Below, piece after piece: positions 40,421 through 51,474 of a stretch of DNA of 64,000 nt. Position 1 is the first letter of the stretch, and each line of letters opens with the position of its first letter. The position numbers and the translations under genes are program-made. This DNA is from Pseudomonadota bacterium (lineage in GTDB: Bacteria; Pseudomonadota; Alphaproteobacteria; Rhizobiales; MH13): assembly GCA_039814945.1 (NCBI GenBank), contig JBCCAF010000004.1:258380-322379 (forward strand), in the 5' to 3' direction. Under the pieces are notes generated by a model, which made no database searches, was not told the origin of the DNA, and saw only the letters and a list, made by a program, of their open reading frames with translations.

Positions 40421-42808
40421 ATGATGCGCACATCTTTGGCAACGCGACTGCGCCAGGGCACAATGCTCGCCTTGGCGGGCACCCTCGTGCTAACGGGTGT
40501 CAGCGCGGGCTTGACGTTAGGCGTTAGCAATACAGCTCAGGCGCAGACTCAGAACGTACCTGGGTTCACACAGCCAAATGCCGACGCACAGATGTTCTTG
40601 GAAGCCGATGAGCTTCTCTACAACGAAGGTGCAAACACGGTCACAGCACTCGGCACGGTCACCATCTTTTATGACGGCTACACCGTGGAAGCCGATGAAG
40701 TCATCTACAATCGCGCTGAAGGCCGGGTGCTGGCACGCGGCAATGTTGTTTTGGTTGAGCCAAGTGGTTCGGTCCTGCGGGCAACGTCAGCCGATCTCAG
40801 TGACACGCTGACCGACGGGTTTGTTGATGCGTTGAGCGTTGAAACCCCTGAACGTGGTTTCTTCACGGCTCGCAACGCCACCCGCCGTGACGAAGGCACG
40901 GTGACAGAGTTTGAAGAGGGCACCTACACAGCCTGCGAAGCTTGCCCAGAAGGTTCAGGTCGACCACTGGCTTGGAAGTTTCATGCCGATACCATAACTT
41001 ACGATGAAGAAGACCAGATGGTGTATTACGAAAATGTCCGATTGGACTTTTTCGGCATACCCATTGTCTGGCTGCCCTTCTTTGCCCACACCGACCCGAC
41101 CGTTGAGCGCAAAAGCGGGTTTCTGCGTCCTGAATACCTCCATGATACTCGGGTGGGGTTCGGCGTTTCAACGCCCTACTATTTCGCGCTTGACCCTAGC
41201 TATGACCTGACGATCACGCCAACTGCCTACACCGGCCAAGGCTTGCACCTTGAAGCAGAGTGGCGGCAGCGACTGGAGAATGGCGGATTCAGTGTTCGCG
41301 CCTCTGGCATCCGGCAATTCGACAGAGATCAATTTGACAATCAGCCTGGCGATCAGGATTGGCGCGGTGGCCTGGCCAGCAATGGTGACTTTTCTCTGAA
41401 TTCTCGCTGGAACTTCGGTTGGAATCTCTACTGGCAATCCGACCGACGCTATTTCCGCGACTATGCGATTGAATCTGAAGGCGCGAGCCAAGTCATTTCA
41501 GACATCTATCTGACTGGGCTTCACGACCGCAGCTACTTCGATGCGCGTGTTGAGCGCATTCAAGTCGCCACGATTTCTGAGGGCGATCAAAATCAGCCAT
41601 GGACACTTCCAGTGGTCGACTACGACCGACGCTTCACGCCCGACCATGTCGGTGGCGAGCTGCAAGTGTTGGCCAACCTTACGACCACGGTTCGTGAGGA
41701 TGTCTATTTCGAAAACGATGTTACGGTCGGCGGCATCAACAATGTCGATATTTACGAAGGTCTTGATGGCCAGATGAGCCGTGCGACCCTGGATGTTTCC
41801 TGGCGTCGCGAATTCATTGGCCCGCTTGGTCAGGTGTTCACACCGCAAGTTGGTTTTCGGGGCGATGTGATCGGCTACAATCTTGGCAATGAGTCCAATG
41901 TTGTCTTTGATGACGGGGAAAACTCGTTTGCGCGCGGTATGGCATCGGCAGGGCTGGAATGGCGCTGGCCATTCCTGATCACGGCGCCTGGCAGCAGTCA
42001 TGTTTTAGAACCGGTAGCGCAACTCATCGTGCGACCTGACACAAGCCATGTGGGTGAAGTTCCCATTGAGGATTCACAAAGCCTGGTCTTCGACGCATCC
42101 AATCTTTTCGATTGGGACAAATATTCCGGTTACGATCAGATGGAAGGCGGCACCCGCGCCAATGTCGGTGTGCGTTACTCCAGTACGTTCGACAACGGCC
42201 TCTCGTTGAACGCTGTTATTGGTCAATCCTTTCACCTCGCCGGTGAGAACCCCTATGCTTGGACTCAAACTGGGACCAATATCCTTACACCCAATGGCGC
42301 TGACAGCGGTCTTGAAACCGACCAGTCGGACTATGTCGCGATGCTCACGGCGCGGCTGCAAAACCGACTTGCACTGACGGGCTCAGGTCGCTTTGATGAG
42401 GATGATTTCAGTCTGGAGCGTGGTGAGTTGATTGCATCAGCGTCGCATGGCCGTGTGGCAGGCTCGGCGACCTACGCTTATCAGGCAGCACAGCCCAACC
42501 GCGGCATCAATGAAGACCAGCATCAAATAGCAGGCGCTGCCTCACTGCAAGTGAACAGCAGTTGGCGCGTGGCAGGCAGCGTCCAATATGATTTGGAAGA
42601 GAGCCATATTCTAGGGTACGGCGCTGGCATTCAATATGTCTGTGATTGTTTTGGGTTCGGTGTGAATTACACCTACACCGCACCTGAGGCTAACGACGGC
42701 GTTTCGGACAGCCGCGTGACGTTGAACATCTCTCTGCGCACAATTGGCGGCGTAGAAACGCAAGTGCTCAACAACGACCAGTTCAACAGCGTGTTCGGAA
42801 CAGAATAG
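40421..42808 (+). CDS. lptD: LPS-assembly outer-membrane protein LptD
   Basis: Signal peptide, LEADEL.Y, YTACEAC, RKSGFLRP, beta-barrel-like body, YVCDCF. Confidence 0.92.
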   Translation: MMRTSLATRLRQGTMLALAGTLVLTGVSAGLTLGVSNTAQAQTQNVPGFTQPNADAQMFLEADELLYNEGANTVTALGTVTIFYDGYTVEADEVIYNRAEGRVLARGNVVLVEPSGSVLRATSADLSDTLTDGFVDALSVETPERGFFTARNATRRDEGTVTEFEEGTYTACEACPEGSGRPLAWKFHADTITYDEEDQMVYYENVRLDFFGIPIVWLPFFAHTDPTVERKSGFLRPEYLHDTRVGFGVSTPYYFALDPSYDLTITPTAYTGQGLHLEAEWRQRLENGGFSVRASGIRQFDRDQFDNQPGDQDWRGGLASNGDFSLNSRWNFGWNLYWQSDRRYFRDYAIESEGASQVISDIYLTGLHDRSYFDARVERIQVATISEGDQNQPWTLPVVDYDRRFTPDHVGGELQVLANLTTTVREDVYFENDVTVGGINNVDIYEGLDGQMSRATLDVSWRREFIGPLGQVFTPQVGFRGDVIGYNLGNESNVVFDDGENSFARGMASAGLEWRWPFLITAPGSSHVLEPVAQLIVRPDTSHVGEVPIEDSQSLVFDASNLFDWDKYSGYDQMEGGTRANVGVRYSSTFDNGLSLNAVIGQSFHLAGENPYAWTQTGTNILTPNGADSGLETDQSDYVAMLTARLQNRLALTGSGRFDEDDFSLERGELIASASHGRVAGSATYAYQAAQPNRGINEDQHQIAGAASLQVNSSWRVAGSVQYDLEESHILGYGAGIQYVCDCFGFGVNYTYTAPEANDGVSDSRVTLNISLRTIGGVETQVLNNDQFNSVFGTE

Positions 42809-42933
42809 AGCCTTACGGGCCGAATTTGGGCACATTTGGCAGGCACGGGCGTTTCAGGGCGGCGCAAGACCGTCGTTGGCTGGCGCATTTGCTTATTTTA
42901 GCGTTCAGCGTGCGAGTTTAGAAGGATTGCAGA

Positions 42934-43929
42934 ATGACGGGTGCAGAGACAAAGCGCAAAGCGCGCCAAACGATGGGCGTAGGACTTGGTGCATTGGTTC
43001 TTAGTGGCGCGGTGTTGTTTGCCGCGCCGAGTTTCTTACCATCCCTAACGTCACCTGCCGCGGCGCAGTCGGTTTATACAGCGGTTCTCGTCAACGATGT
43101 GCCCATCAGCAACTATGACATCAACGCCCGGACGGCATTGCTGCGTCTGCAGGGTGCTTCCAGTGCGCAAGCATCATCGGGCGCCGAGAACGAACTGATC
43201 GACGAAGCTTTGCAGCGCGCTGAAGCAAGGCGTCTTGGCATCTCAGTCACGCAAGCTGAGCTTGATCAAGCACTACAAACCATTGCTTCACGCAGCGGCC
43301 TTAGCGTCTCGCAGCTTGGGCAGGCACTTGGCCAGCGCGGGGTCAATCTCGCAACTTTGCGCTCGAGTATCGAAGCGCAGATCCTTTGGGACCAAGTGAT
43401 CCGCGCTCGTTTTCAAGCAACTGTACGCGTTGACGAACAAGACGTTCTGGCTGCGCTCGACAACCGGTCTGGCGACGAGGCCGGGTCAGAATTGACAACC
43501 ACAGAGTACACGTTGCGCCAAGTAGTGTTCATTGTCCCAGAAGGGTCAGGGTCGAACACGCGCGACCAACGCCGCCGCGAAGCTACCGCGTTTCGCTCTC
43601 GTTTTGAATCCTGTGCAGCAGGCATTCCCGCCGCTCGCGCGCTCAATGGCGTGGTCGTCCAGAGCGAAGCTCGACGTTTTTCTGCCGATCTTTCTCCTGA
43701 GCTTGATGGGCTGTTGCAGGAAACCGCCGTCGGTCGCCTCACCCCTCCAGAAGACGGACCTGAAGGAGTGGTGATGTTTGCGGTCTGCAACAAGCGCGAT
43801 GTACGTTCAGATGCCGAAGCACGCCGCGATGTGGAAAGTGAACTGCGCAACGAGGAGGGCCTTTTGCTCTCGCGCGGTTATCTGCGCGATTTGCGCGCCT
43901 CAGCCACCATTCTTCGCCCCAACAACTGA
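42934..43929 (+). CDS. surA: SurA-like periplasmic chaperone
   Basis: VLVNDVPISNYDINAR, ELIDEAL; lptD-surA-pdxA-rsmA order. Confidence 0.82.
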   Translation: MTGAETKRKARQTMGVGLGALVLSGAVLFAAPSFLPSLTSPAAAQSVYTAVLVNDVPISNYDINARTALLRLQGASSAQASSGAENELIDEALQRAEARRLGISVTQAELDQALQTIASRSGLSVSQLGQALGQRGVNLATLRSSIEAQILWDQVIRARFQATVRVDEQDVLAALDNRSGDEAGSELTTTEYTLRQVVFIVPEGSGSNTRDQRRREATAFRSRFESCAAGIPAARALNGVVVQSEARRFSADLSPELDGLLQETAVGRLTPPEDGPEGVVMFAVCNKRDVRSDAEARRDVESELRNEEGLLLSRGYLRDLRASATILRPNN

Positions 43930-43941
43930 TTGCCATCAATA

Positions 43942-44976
43942 ATGACGACGCCCTCTGACGGTCGCCCGCTTGCCGTTTCCATGGGCGAACCGGCAGGCAT
44001 CGGGCCGGATATCATTCTGCAAGCTTTTCAGCAGCTACAAAACGAGGCCTCAGCTCCTCACCTCATTGTTTTTGGCGACCCAGCGCTGCTCCAAAGCCGT
44101 GCAAAGCGCATGGACTTTCACGTGGAGATTTCTGCGCTTGATTCCATCGAGGATGCCAAGGAGCCATCAGACAACACCCTGTCCGTTGTCGATGTCGGCA
44201 CTATAGCCGATAAACCTGGTGAACTTGATCAAAGCACAGGCGCCGTAACAGTGGCCGCGCTGCACGGCGCTCTAGAAGCGGTGAAGGCTGAACTATGCGC
44301 TGGACTGGTCACGGCGCCTATCCACAAAGCCAATCTCTATGCCACCGGCTTTGGCTTTCCCGGACACACCGAATTTCTCCAAGCATTTGCACAAGAGCAT
44401 TGGCCTGACACACATCCGATAGCTGTGATGATGCTGGCGGGGCCAGAGCTGCGCACCGTGCCCGTAACAGTGCACATCCCACTCAATGACGTTGCGGGGT
44501 CGCTTACCACGCAGCGGATCATCGATGTCGGCATTGCAACGGCTCGTGATCTAACCAAACGTTTCGGCATCGCTGAACCGAGGCTTGCCATTGCCGGGCT
44601 TAACCCGCACGCCGGGGAAGATAGAACGCTGGGCAGTGAAGACGATGCAGTGATTGCTCCAGCGGTGGCAGCCTTGCGCCAAGCAGGCATTGATGCTGAA
44701 GGCCCCCTGCCCGCTGACACGATGTTTCATGCCGAGGCGCGCCAGACCTTTGATGCAGCGCTGTGCATGTATCACGACCAAGCATTGATCCCCGTGAAGG
44801 CGCTCGACTTCCATAACACTGTCAATGTAACGCTTGGCTTGCCGTTTGTGCGCACATCGCCAGACCATGGCACGGCGCTGTCGCTGGCTGGAACAGGCAA
44901 AGCGTCGCCTGCCAGCATGATTGCGGCGATCAGACTTGCCGATCAAATGAGCCAGCGTGCGCGAGACGCTGCGTGA
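43942..44976 (+). CDS. pdxA: 4-hydroxythreonine-4-phosphate dehydrogenase
   Basis: [48 protein letters not shown]. Confidence 0.96.
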   Translation: MTTPSDGRPLAVSMGEPAGIGPDIILQAFQQLQNEASAPHLIVFGDPALLQSRAKRMDFHVEISALDSIEDAKEPSDNTLSVVDVGTIADKPGELDQSTGAVTVAALHGALEAVKAELCAGLVTAPIHKANLYATGFGFPGHTEFLQAFAQEHWPDTHPIAVMMLAGPELRTVPVTVHIPLNDVAGSLTTQRIIDVGIATARDLTKRFGIAEPRLAIAGLNPHAGEDRTLGSEDDAVIAPAVAALRQAGIDAEGPLPADTMFHAEARQTFDAALCMYHDQALIPVKALDFHNTVNVTLGLPFVRTSPDHGTALSLAGTGKASPASMIAAIRLADQMSQRARDAA

Positions 44977-45848
44977 GCCTAGATAACCTACCGAGCGTCC
45001 GCGCCGAAGTGGAAAGCCTGGGGCCAAGCGGATCGCGGCTGGGGGCAAAAAAGTCCCTTGGACAGAATTTTCTCTTCGACCTCAACCTCACCCGTAAAAT
45101 CGCACGATCTGGTCTACCGCTTAGCGAAGGTACCGTCGTCGAAGTTGGACCAGGACCTGGCGGGCTCACCCGCGCATTGCTTCTGGAAGGCGCCAAACGC
45201 GTGATCGCCATTGAACGCGATGAGCGCTTTCGACCTATCCTTGATCGGCTGACGGAAGCCAGTGAGGGCCGCCTGGAGGTGATCTATGGCGATGCCACAA
45301 AGGTGGAACTCACAGGCCACATCAACCCCTCTGATGGTCCAGCTCAGATCATTGCGAACCTACCTTATAATGTCGGCACGCCGCTGCTCGTTGGTTGGTT
45401 GCTCAGCGAACCATGGCCGCCATGGTTTGCGGGACTGACGCTGATGTTCCAACGCGAGGTTGCCCAGCGCATCGTGGCGCAGGCAAATGATAAGCATTAT
45501 GGCAGATTGGGCGTTCTGGCAGGCTGGCGTTGCCAAACACACTTGATGTTTGACGTGCCGCCATCAGCCTTTGTGCCGCCGCCTAAAGTAACCTCCAGCG
45601 TGGTGCATTTGCGACCGCGTGCCGAGCCTCTGCCCTGTCAGGGGAAGGATCTGGAGAAGGTTGCAGCGGCTGCGTTTGGTCAGCGGCGCAAGATGGTGCG
45701 TCAGTCATTGAAAAGCTTAGGGCTTGGCCAAGACGGCTTGGCTGACCTTATGGCGCGCGTTGGCTTGGGAGGCACCGAACGGGCAGAAACGCTGCCGATC
45801 GAAACGTTTGCGGCGTTGGCCCAAACCTACCGTGACCTAGTCAGCTGA
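44973..45848 (+). CDS. rsmA: 16S rRNA dimethyltransferase RsmA/KsgA
   Basis: [43 protein letters not shown]. Confidence 0.96.
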   Translation: MSLDNLPSVRAEVESLGPSGSRLGAKKSLGQNFLFDLNLTRKIARSGLPLSEGTVVEVGPGPGGLTRALLLEGAKRVIAIERDERFRPILDRLTEASEGRLEVIYGDATKVELTGHINPSDGPAQIIANLPYNVGTPLLVGWLLSEPWPPWFAGLTLMFQREVAQRIVAQANDKHYGRLGVLAGWRCQTHLMFDVPPSAFVPPPKVTSSVVHLRPRAEPLPCQGKDLEKVAAAAFGQRRKMVRQSLKSLGLGQDGLADLMARVGLGGTERAETLPIETFAALAQTYRDLVS

Positions 45849-46469
45849 GATCAACTCACCGACAAAATCTTCAAGCCCTGGCTGACGACCACGTCGCACC
45901 GTTTCAGCCACATAGATCGCGCGAAGCTGCTCGTAGGCTTCACCCAGGTCAGTGTTGGTGATGACATAGTCATAGTCACGCCAATGGGTCATCTCATCAC
46001 GGGCGTTTTCTAAGCGCTTTTCGATCACATCTGGCTTGTCTTCAGCGCGGCGGATGATGCGGGCGCGCAGCTCTTCAAAGCTTGGGGGCAGCACAAACAC
46101 CGTCACCGTGTCCTCCGGCATAGCAGCACGCACCTGTTCGGTGCCCTGCCAGTCGATGTCGAACAGCATGATATGGCCCTGGCCTAGCGCCCGCTCCACC
46201 GGCTCACGTGGCGTGCCGTAAAAGTTGCCATGCACCTCGGCCCATTCCAGCAATGCGCCCTGGTCGCGACGCTGCAAAAACGAGACTTCATCGATAAAGT
46301 GATAGTGCGTGCCCTCGATCTCCGAAGGCCGCCGCTGGCGTGTTGTGACGGAAACCGAAAGCTTGGGCGTTGGTAGCCCCTCATCCTGAAGCAACTGGCG
46401 CGCAAGGGTCGATTTGCCGGCACCAGAAGGTGAGGAGAGAACCAGAATATATCCGCGCTTGCTGCTCAT
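45837..46469 (-). CDS. gmk: Guanylate kinase
   Basis: [43 protein letters not shown]. Confidence 0.96.
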   Translation of the reverse strand: MSSKRGYILVLSSPSGAGKSTLARQLLQDEGLPTPKLSVSVTTRQRRPSEIEGTHYHFIDEVSFLQRRDQGALLEWAEVHGNFYGTPREPVERALGQGHIMLFDIDWQGTEQVRAAMPEDTVTVFVLPPSFEELRARIIRRAEDKPDVIEKRLENARDEMTHWRDYDYVITNTDLGEAYEQLRAIYVAETVRRGRQPGLEDFVGELISAD

Positions 46470-46487
46470 GCTTGCCCCATCAAACGA

Positions 46488-47381
46488 CTACTCGACGTTT
46501 TGAACCTGCTCTTTGACCTGATCGATCAACGCCTTCAAAGCCAGCCCATGCTGAGTGACGGTGATCGTCGAAGCCTTCGAACAGATTGTATTGGCTTCGC
46601 GGTTAAATTCCTGTGCAAGAAAATCAAGTTTGCGTCCAACCGGTTCGCTGACCTTCAGCAAAGCACGCGCAGCATCGATATGGGCCCGCAAGCGGGCCAG
46701 TTCTTCTTCAATGTCGGCCTTGGTGGCCAACACCGCCGCTTCTTGATGAAGACGCTGTTCATCAAGCGGGTTGGCGTCTTCCAGTAGCCTATCAACTTGG
46801 CCTTTTAGCCGCGCCATCAAATGCTCACCGCGCGCATCGGGATGCTCGGCTAGCGCCTGAGTCTCGCGTTCAATCTCGGCAACAAGCCCGTCCAGAACAG
46901 CCAGCATCGCCTCGCCTTCGGCGGCACGTGCTTTGCCAAGCTCGGTGGCGCAGGCTTTAGCGCAGGCCAGAAGTGCTGCATCACGCGCTTGGCTTGCTTC
47001 CTCGCTGGTATCGGCTGCGGCAGGGTCCACCATCTCAACAACACCTGGCAGCGCCAACAGGTCGGATAACGTCGGCGCAGGATCGCCCCAAACGTTCGCA
47101 CGCTCAGTAAGTGTTGCCCGTAGGCTGTCCAAAGTTTCGACATTGATGTGCGGCTGGCGCTCGGCATCGCGCTGCAAAGACATAGTCACATTGGCATTGC
47201 CGCGTCGGATAACGCCTTGAAACAGCGCCCGGATCGGCTTGTCGAGGTGATCGAATCCAGAGGGCAGACGCAGCTTGATATCGCTGGAGCGTCCGTTGAC
47301 GCAGCGCGCTTCAATCTGGACCGAGAGTGAGCCGTGGATCGCTTCGGCACGCGCAAAGCCAGTCATGGAGTTCAGTGACAT
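46488..47381 (-). CDS. yicC: YicC/YloC-family endoribonuclease
   Basis: SMTGFAR, VNGRSSD, KADIEEELARLRAH, GRKLDFLAQEFNREANT, EQVQNVE. Confidence 0.93.
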   Translation of the reverse strand: MSLNSMTGFARAEAIHGSLSVQIEARCVNGRSSDIKLRLPSGFDHLDKPIRALFQGVIRRGNANVTMSLQRDAERQPHINVETLDSLRATLTERANVWGDPAPTLSDLLALPGVVEMVDPAAADTSEEASQARDAALLACAKACATELGKARAAEGEAMLAVLDGLVAEIERETQALAEHPDARGEHLMARLKGQVDRLLEDANPLDEQRLHQEAAVLATKADIEEELARLRAHIDAARALLKVSEPVGRKLDFLAQEFNREANTICSKASTITVTQHGLALKALIDQVKEQVQNVE

Positions 47382-47389
47382 GGCAAGCG

Positions 47390-48619
47390 CTACTGTTCGG
47401 TGGCGGGCGCTTCGGTGGCTTCGCCGTCCTCGCTGCCCCCCTCAGCGGTCTCGTCAGCTTCTATGGTTTCTGCTTCGGCGGCTTCAGCCTCAGCAGCTTC
47501 ACGTGCAGCCTCTCGCTGCCGCTCAATCTCACGCCATCGCTCGACGTTGCGATTGTGCTCTTCATACGTTTCAGCGAAGGCATGACCACCCGTGCCATCG
47601 GCGACAAAGAACAGATCGTCGGTGCGCGAGGGGTTGGCGACCGCTTCCAGCGATGCACGGCCCGGATTGGCAATGGGGCCAGGTGGCAGGGCTGGAATGG
47701 TGTAGGTGTTGTAGGGGTTGCTCTCATCGCGCAATTGACTGCGATAGATAGGGCGCGCCTCCATCCAGGCTTCACCACCAAAGATGCCATAGAGGATCGT
47801 TGGATCAGACTGGATGCGCATGCCCTGGTCCAAACGGTTGATGAAAACACCAGCGACACGCGTACGCTCATCAGCGCGCCCAGTCTCTTTTTCAACAATC
47901 GATGCCAACGTCACCAATTCTTCGATCGACTCTATCGGCAAATCGTCCACGCGACGTTCCCAAATGTCAGCAACGGCGGATTCTTGCGCAGCGAGCATCC
48001 GGTCAAGCACGCTCTGGCGTGTTGCGTCACGGTTGAACGCGTAGGTGTTGGGCAGAAGCGCGCCTTCAGCCGGAATGTCAGCGATCTCACCGGTCAAAAA
48101 TTCAGTGGCGTTGAGACGGTTCACCATCTGTTGGCTGGTCCAACCTTCTGGGAAGGTCACCGAGTACACAACCGTGCGGCCCTCGACCATCATATCAAGA
48201 ATGTCGGACATGGAGGCGTTGGCTTCAATGGCATACTCGCCAGCTTGAAGCCGAGACCGAGCCTGACGCGCAAGCACTCCAGCTGTGAAAATATGTTCGT
48301 TGGAAATCACGCCACGCGCTTCCAACATACCAGCGATCTGGCGGGTCGCCATGCCACGCTCAACGCTGATGTTGCGGTCAGTGCTATGCGGGCCCTCAGC
48401 GTTGAAACGCACATTGGCGAAATACGCCAAGCCGCCAAGGATCACGACCCCGAGCAGCGCCACGGAGAACAGGCCATTGAGCATCACCACGAAAGGTGAA
48501 CGAGCACGCTTGGCATGCTTAGCATTGGGCCGCGCCACGGCTTCGGGCTTGATCGCTTGCGCTGCGCTGCGCGGCGTTTGGCTCACACGTGTGGCATCAG
48601 AGCTGTTGGAATCGTTCAT
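47390..48619 (-). CDS. mltG: Endolytic transglycosylase MltG
   Basis: N-terminal TM, LQAGEY, TFPEG, LASIVEKETG (catalytic Glu), FINRL, PYNTY...LPPGPIANPG, LFFVADGTGGHAF. Confidence 0.95.
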   Translation of the reverse strand: MNDSNSSDATRVSQTPRSAAQAIKPEAVARPNAKHAKRARSPFVVMLNGLFSVALLGVVILGGLAYFANVRFNAEGPHSTDRNISVERGMATRQIAGMLEARGVISNEHIFTAGVLARQARSRLQAGEYAIEANASMSDILDMMVEGRTVVYSVTFPEGWTSQQMVNRLNATEFLTGEIADIPAEGALLPNTYAFNRDATRQSVLDRMLAAQESAVADIWERRVDDLPIESIEELVTLASIVEKETGRADERTRVAGVFINRLDQGMRIQSDPTILYGIFGGEAWMEARPIYRSQLRDESNPYNTYTIPALPPGPIANPGRASLEAVANPSRTDDLFFVADGTGGHAFAETYEEHNRNVERWREIERQREAAREAAEAEAAEAETIEADETAEGGSEDGEATEAPATEQ

Positions 48620-48898
48620 GGAATCAATCCTGGCATCGCTTCTTGACTGGGTGTTGCGCCCAATATCATCATTTCGCCGCCACGCTTTTCCTTCGCACAG
48701 GCCTTGAGGCAAGGCAGTTATCAGGATGGCCGTCCAAAGCGGCATAATGTGGCGATTCCAAGGGAACCGTTTGTGTTTTGGTCGCGTCAGTTTGGCCTGA
48801 CGGCCCGCCCGATGGCAGGTCCCGACTTAACCTCATCCACAGCTTATACGCACTCAATCCGCTGCATAAGCTGGAAACAACGGTGATCGCGATTTGGC

Positions 48899-50170
48899 TT
48901 AGTCGACCGCGCGAAGAACAAGCGAAGCGTTTGTGCCGCCAAACCCGAATGAGTTGGAAAGCGCCGTGCGGATCGGCTTCTGCTTGGCCGTGTGAGGCAC
49001 CAGATCAATCGGTGTCTCCACCGATGGATTATCCAGATTCAGCGTTGGTGGTGCGACGCCGTGCTTGATGGCAAGGGTTGTGAAAATGGCTTCCACTGCG
49101 CCCGCAGCGCCAAGCAGGTGGCCAATGGCCGACTTGGTGGACGACATGGTGAGGCCCGAAGCGGCATCACCCATCAAGCGCTCGACCGCGCCAAGCTCAA
49201 TCTCATCGCCCAGCGGCGTGGAGGTGCCGTGCGCGTTCACATAATCCAGCTCAGACGGGCTGATGTCAGCACGTTTCAAGGCGGCTGTCATACAGCGGAA
49301 CGCGCCATCGCCATCCATAGAAGGAGCAGTGATGTGGTATGCATCGCCTGACAGACCGTAACCGATCACTTCAGCGTAGATCGTCGCGCCACGCGCTTTG
49401 GCATGCTCAAGTTCTTCAAGCACCACAACGCCAGCGCCCTCGCCCATCACAAAACCGTCGCGGTCTTTGTCATAGGGGCGTGAGCCTTTTTCCGGCGCAT
49501 CGTTGAAGCCAGTGGAAAGCGCCTTACAGGCGGCAAACCCGGCAAGTGCGATGCGGCCAAGCGGCGATTCGGTGCCACCAGCAACCATCACATCGGCATC
49601 GTCGAGCGCTACCAGTCGGGCAGCATCACCAATGGCATGCGCACCTGTGGAGCAGGCAGTCACAACAGCGTGGTTGGGACCCTTAAGGCCATGTTTGATC
49701 GACACATAGCCACCGGCCAGATTGATCAAGCGACCTGGAATAAAGAACGGGCTGAGGCGGCGTGGCCCCTTTTCGTTCAAGGTCATGGTGCCTGCAGCGA
49801 TGCCGTTCAGCCCGCCAATGCCCGATCCAATCAGAACACCAGTGCGGGTCTGATCTTCATAGCTTTCAGGTTGCCAGTTGGCGTCGGCCAACGCCTCATC
49901 AGAGGCCGCCATCGCATAGACGATGAAATCATCAACCTTGCGCTGCTCTTTGGGCACCATAACGCTGTCGGCATTGAACGTGCCGTTAGAGCCATCGCCA
50001 CGCGGGATTTGGCAGGCGATCTGGCACGCCAGATCGTCCACCTCAAAACCCTCAGGACGGCCCGCGCCGGACCGTCCAGCTATAAGGTGATCCCAGGTGG
50101 TCTTGGTGTTCGCGCCAAGAGGCGTGACCATGCCAAGCCCGGTGATCACAACACGCCGAAGCTTGGTCAT
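48899..50170 (-). CDS. fabF: Beta-ketoacyl-ACP synthase II
   Basis: RRVVITGLG, VVTACSTGAH, NAHGTST, TKSAIGHLLGAAG, SNSFGFGG. Confidence 0.96.
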   Translation of the reverse strand: MTKLRRVVITGLGMVTPLGANTKTTWDHLIAGRSGAGRPEGFEVDDLACQIACQIPRGDGSNGTFNADSVMVPKEQRKVDDFIVYAMAASDEALADANWQPESYEDQTRTGVLIGSGIGGLNGIAAGTMTLNEKGPRRLSPFFIPGRLINLAGGYVSIKHGLKGPNHAVVTACSTGAHAIGDAARLVALDDADVMVAGGTESPLGRIALAGFAACKALSTGFNDAPEKGSRPYDKDRDGFVMGEGAGVVVLEELEHAKARGATIYAEVIGYGLSGDAYHITAPSMDGDGAFRCMTAALKRADISPSELDYVNAHGTSTPLGDEIELGAVERLMGDAASGLTMSSTKSAIGHLLGAAGAVEAIFTTLAIKHGVAPPTLNLDNPSVETPIDLVPHTAKQKPIRTALSNSFGFGGTNASLVLRAVD

Positions 50171-50250
50171 TGTCATGCGCGGGTTCCTGCATCCATCGTA
50201 AAAAAGGTCCTGCGAGAGCGCCGTGGCGCTCAGCGCTTAGTAGACGGCGT

Positions 50251-50487
50251 CTACTTGGAAGCGCCTTCGAGGAACTTCACTGCATCACCAACGGTGAGGA
50301 TGGTTTCAGCCATGTCGTCAGGGATTTCGACGTTGAACTCTTCTTCAAACGCCATCACCAGCTCAACGGTGTCGAGGCTGTCTGCGCCAAGGTCATCGAT
50401 GAACGATGCTTTTTGCTCCACCTTGTCGGCTTCAACGCCGAGGTGCTCGACAACAATTTTCTTAACGCGGTCAGCGACATCGCTCAT
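50251..50487 (-). CDS. acpP: Acyl carrier protein
   Basis: [20 protein letters not shown]. Confidence 0.97.
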   Translation of the reverse strand: MSDVADRVKKIVVEHLGVEADKVEQKASFIDDLGADSLDTVELVMAFEEEFNVEIPDDMAETILTVGDAVKFLEGASK

Positions 50488-50712
50488 GGGTACATCCTTT
50501 CATGATGTGGACTGTGACGTACCAGGCAGGGACGCCCAAGGCACGTAGGTTTTTCGTGTTTCGCTCGCGGCGCAACGGGTTTCGCGGCAGAACGCTTGGC
50601 GGCCCCATATCAACCTTGATGCCGTTCAGCAAGTCAGGCCGGTGCTATGGGTACAGGTTGGAGCCAGATAATTGTGGGTTGGGTGGCGATCAAATACCTT
50701 GTGCCACCCGGC

Positions 50713-51453
50713 TTAGATCATCGCCATGCCGCCATTTACGTGCAGCGTTTGACCAGTGATATAGCCCGCCTCATCGCTGGCAAGATACACAACAGCGCCT
50801 GCAACTTCAGTTGGGCTGCCTAGGCGACCAGCGGGAACTTTGGTCAAGATACCTTCGCGCTGCGCATCGTTGAGCACGTCGGTCATTGGCGTTTCGATGA
50901 AACCGGGGGCGACACAATTGACGGTGATGCCGCGCGTTGCAACTTCCTGCGCCAAGGCCTTGGACATGCCGGTGAGGCCCGCTTTTGCAGCGACATAGTT
51001 GCCTTGGCCAGGATTACCCATGGTGCCGACAACAGAGGTGATCTGCACGATACGGCCAAAGCGGCGCTTCATCATGCCTTTGACGGCGGCGCGCGACAGC
51101 TTGAAAGCGGCTGTGAGATTCACCTGAATGACCGCATCCCAGTCTTCATCTTTCATGCGCATGAAAAGCTGATCACGGGTGATGCCGGCATTGTTGACCA
51201 AAACATCAATGGGATTGCCGGCAGCCTCTTCGGCGCGGGCGATCAACCCTTCCACATCATCATTGTCAGAAAGATTGGCGGTCAGCGGGATTGCCAATTC
51301 ACCCAGTTCAGCGGCCTTCTCAGCCAGCACGGCTTCGCGGGTACCAGTGATGATGGTTTTTGCGCCCGCAGCCACAAGCGCCTTGGCGATTTCGCCACCA
51401 ATGCCGCCCGAGGCGCCGGTAACCAGGGCTGTGCGCCCTTCCAATGAAAACAT
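50713..51453 (-). CDS. fabG: 3-oxoacyl-ACP reductase
   Basis: TGASGGIG, NNAGITRD, NYVAAK, VAPGFIETPMT, HVNGGM. Confidence 0.96.
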   Translation of the reverse strand: MFSLEGRTALVTGASGGIGGEIAKALVAAGAKTIITGTREAVLAEKAAELGELAIPLTANLSDNDDVEGLIARAEEAAGNPIDVLVNNAGITRDQLFMRMKDEDWDAVIQVNLTAAFKLSRAAVKGMMKRRFGRIVQITSVVGTMGNPGQGNYVAAKAGLTGMSKALAQEVATRGITVNCVAPGFIETPMTDVLNDAQREGILTKVPAGRLGSPTEVAGAVVYLASDEAGYITGQTLHVNGGMAMI

Positions 51454-51474
51454 GCTTTTCCCCATAGGCTTTTG

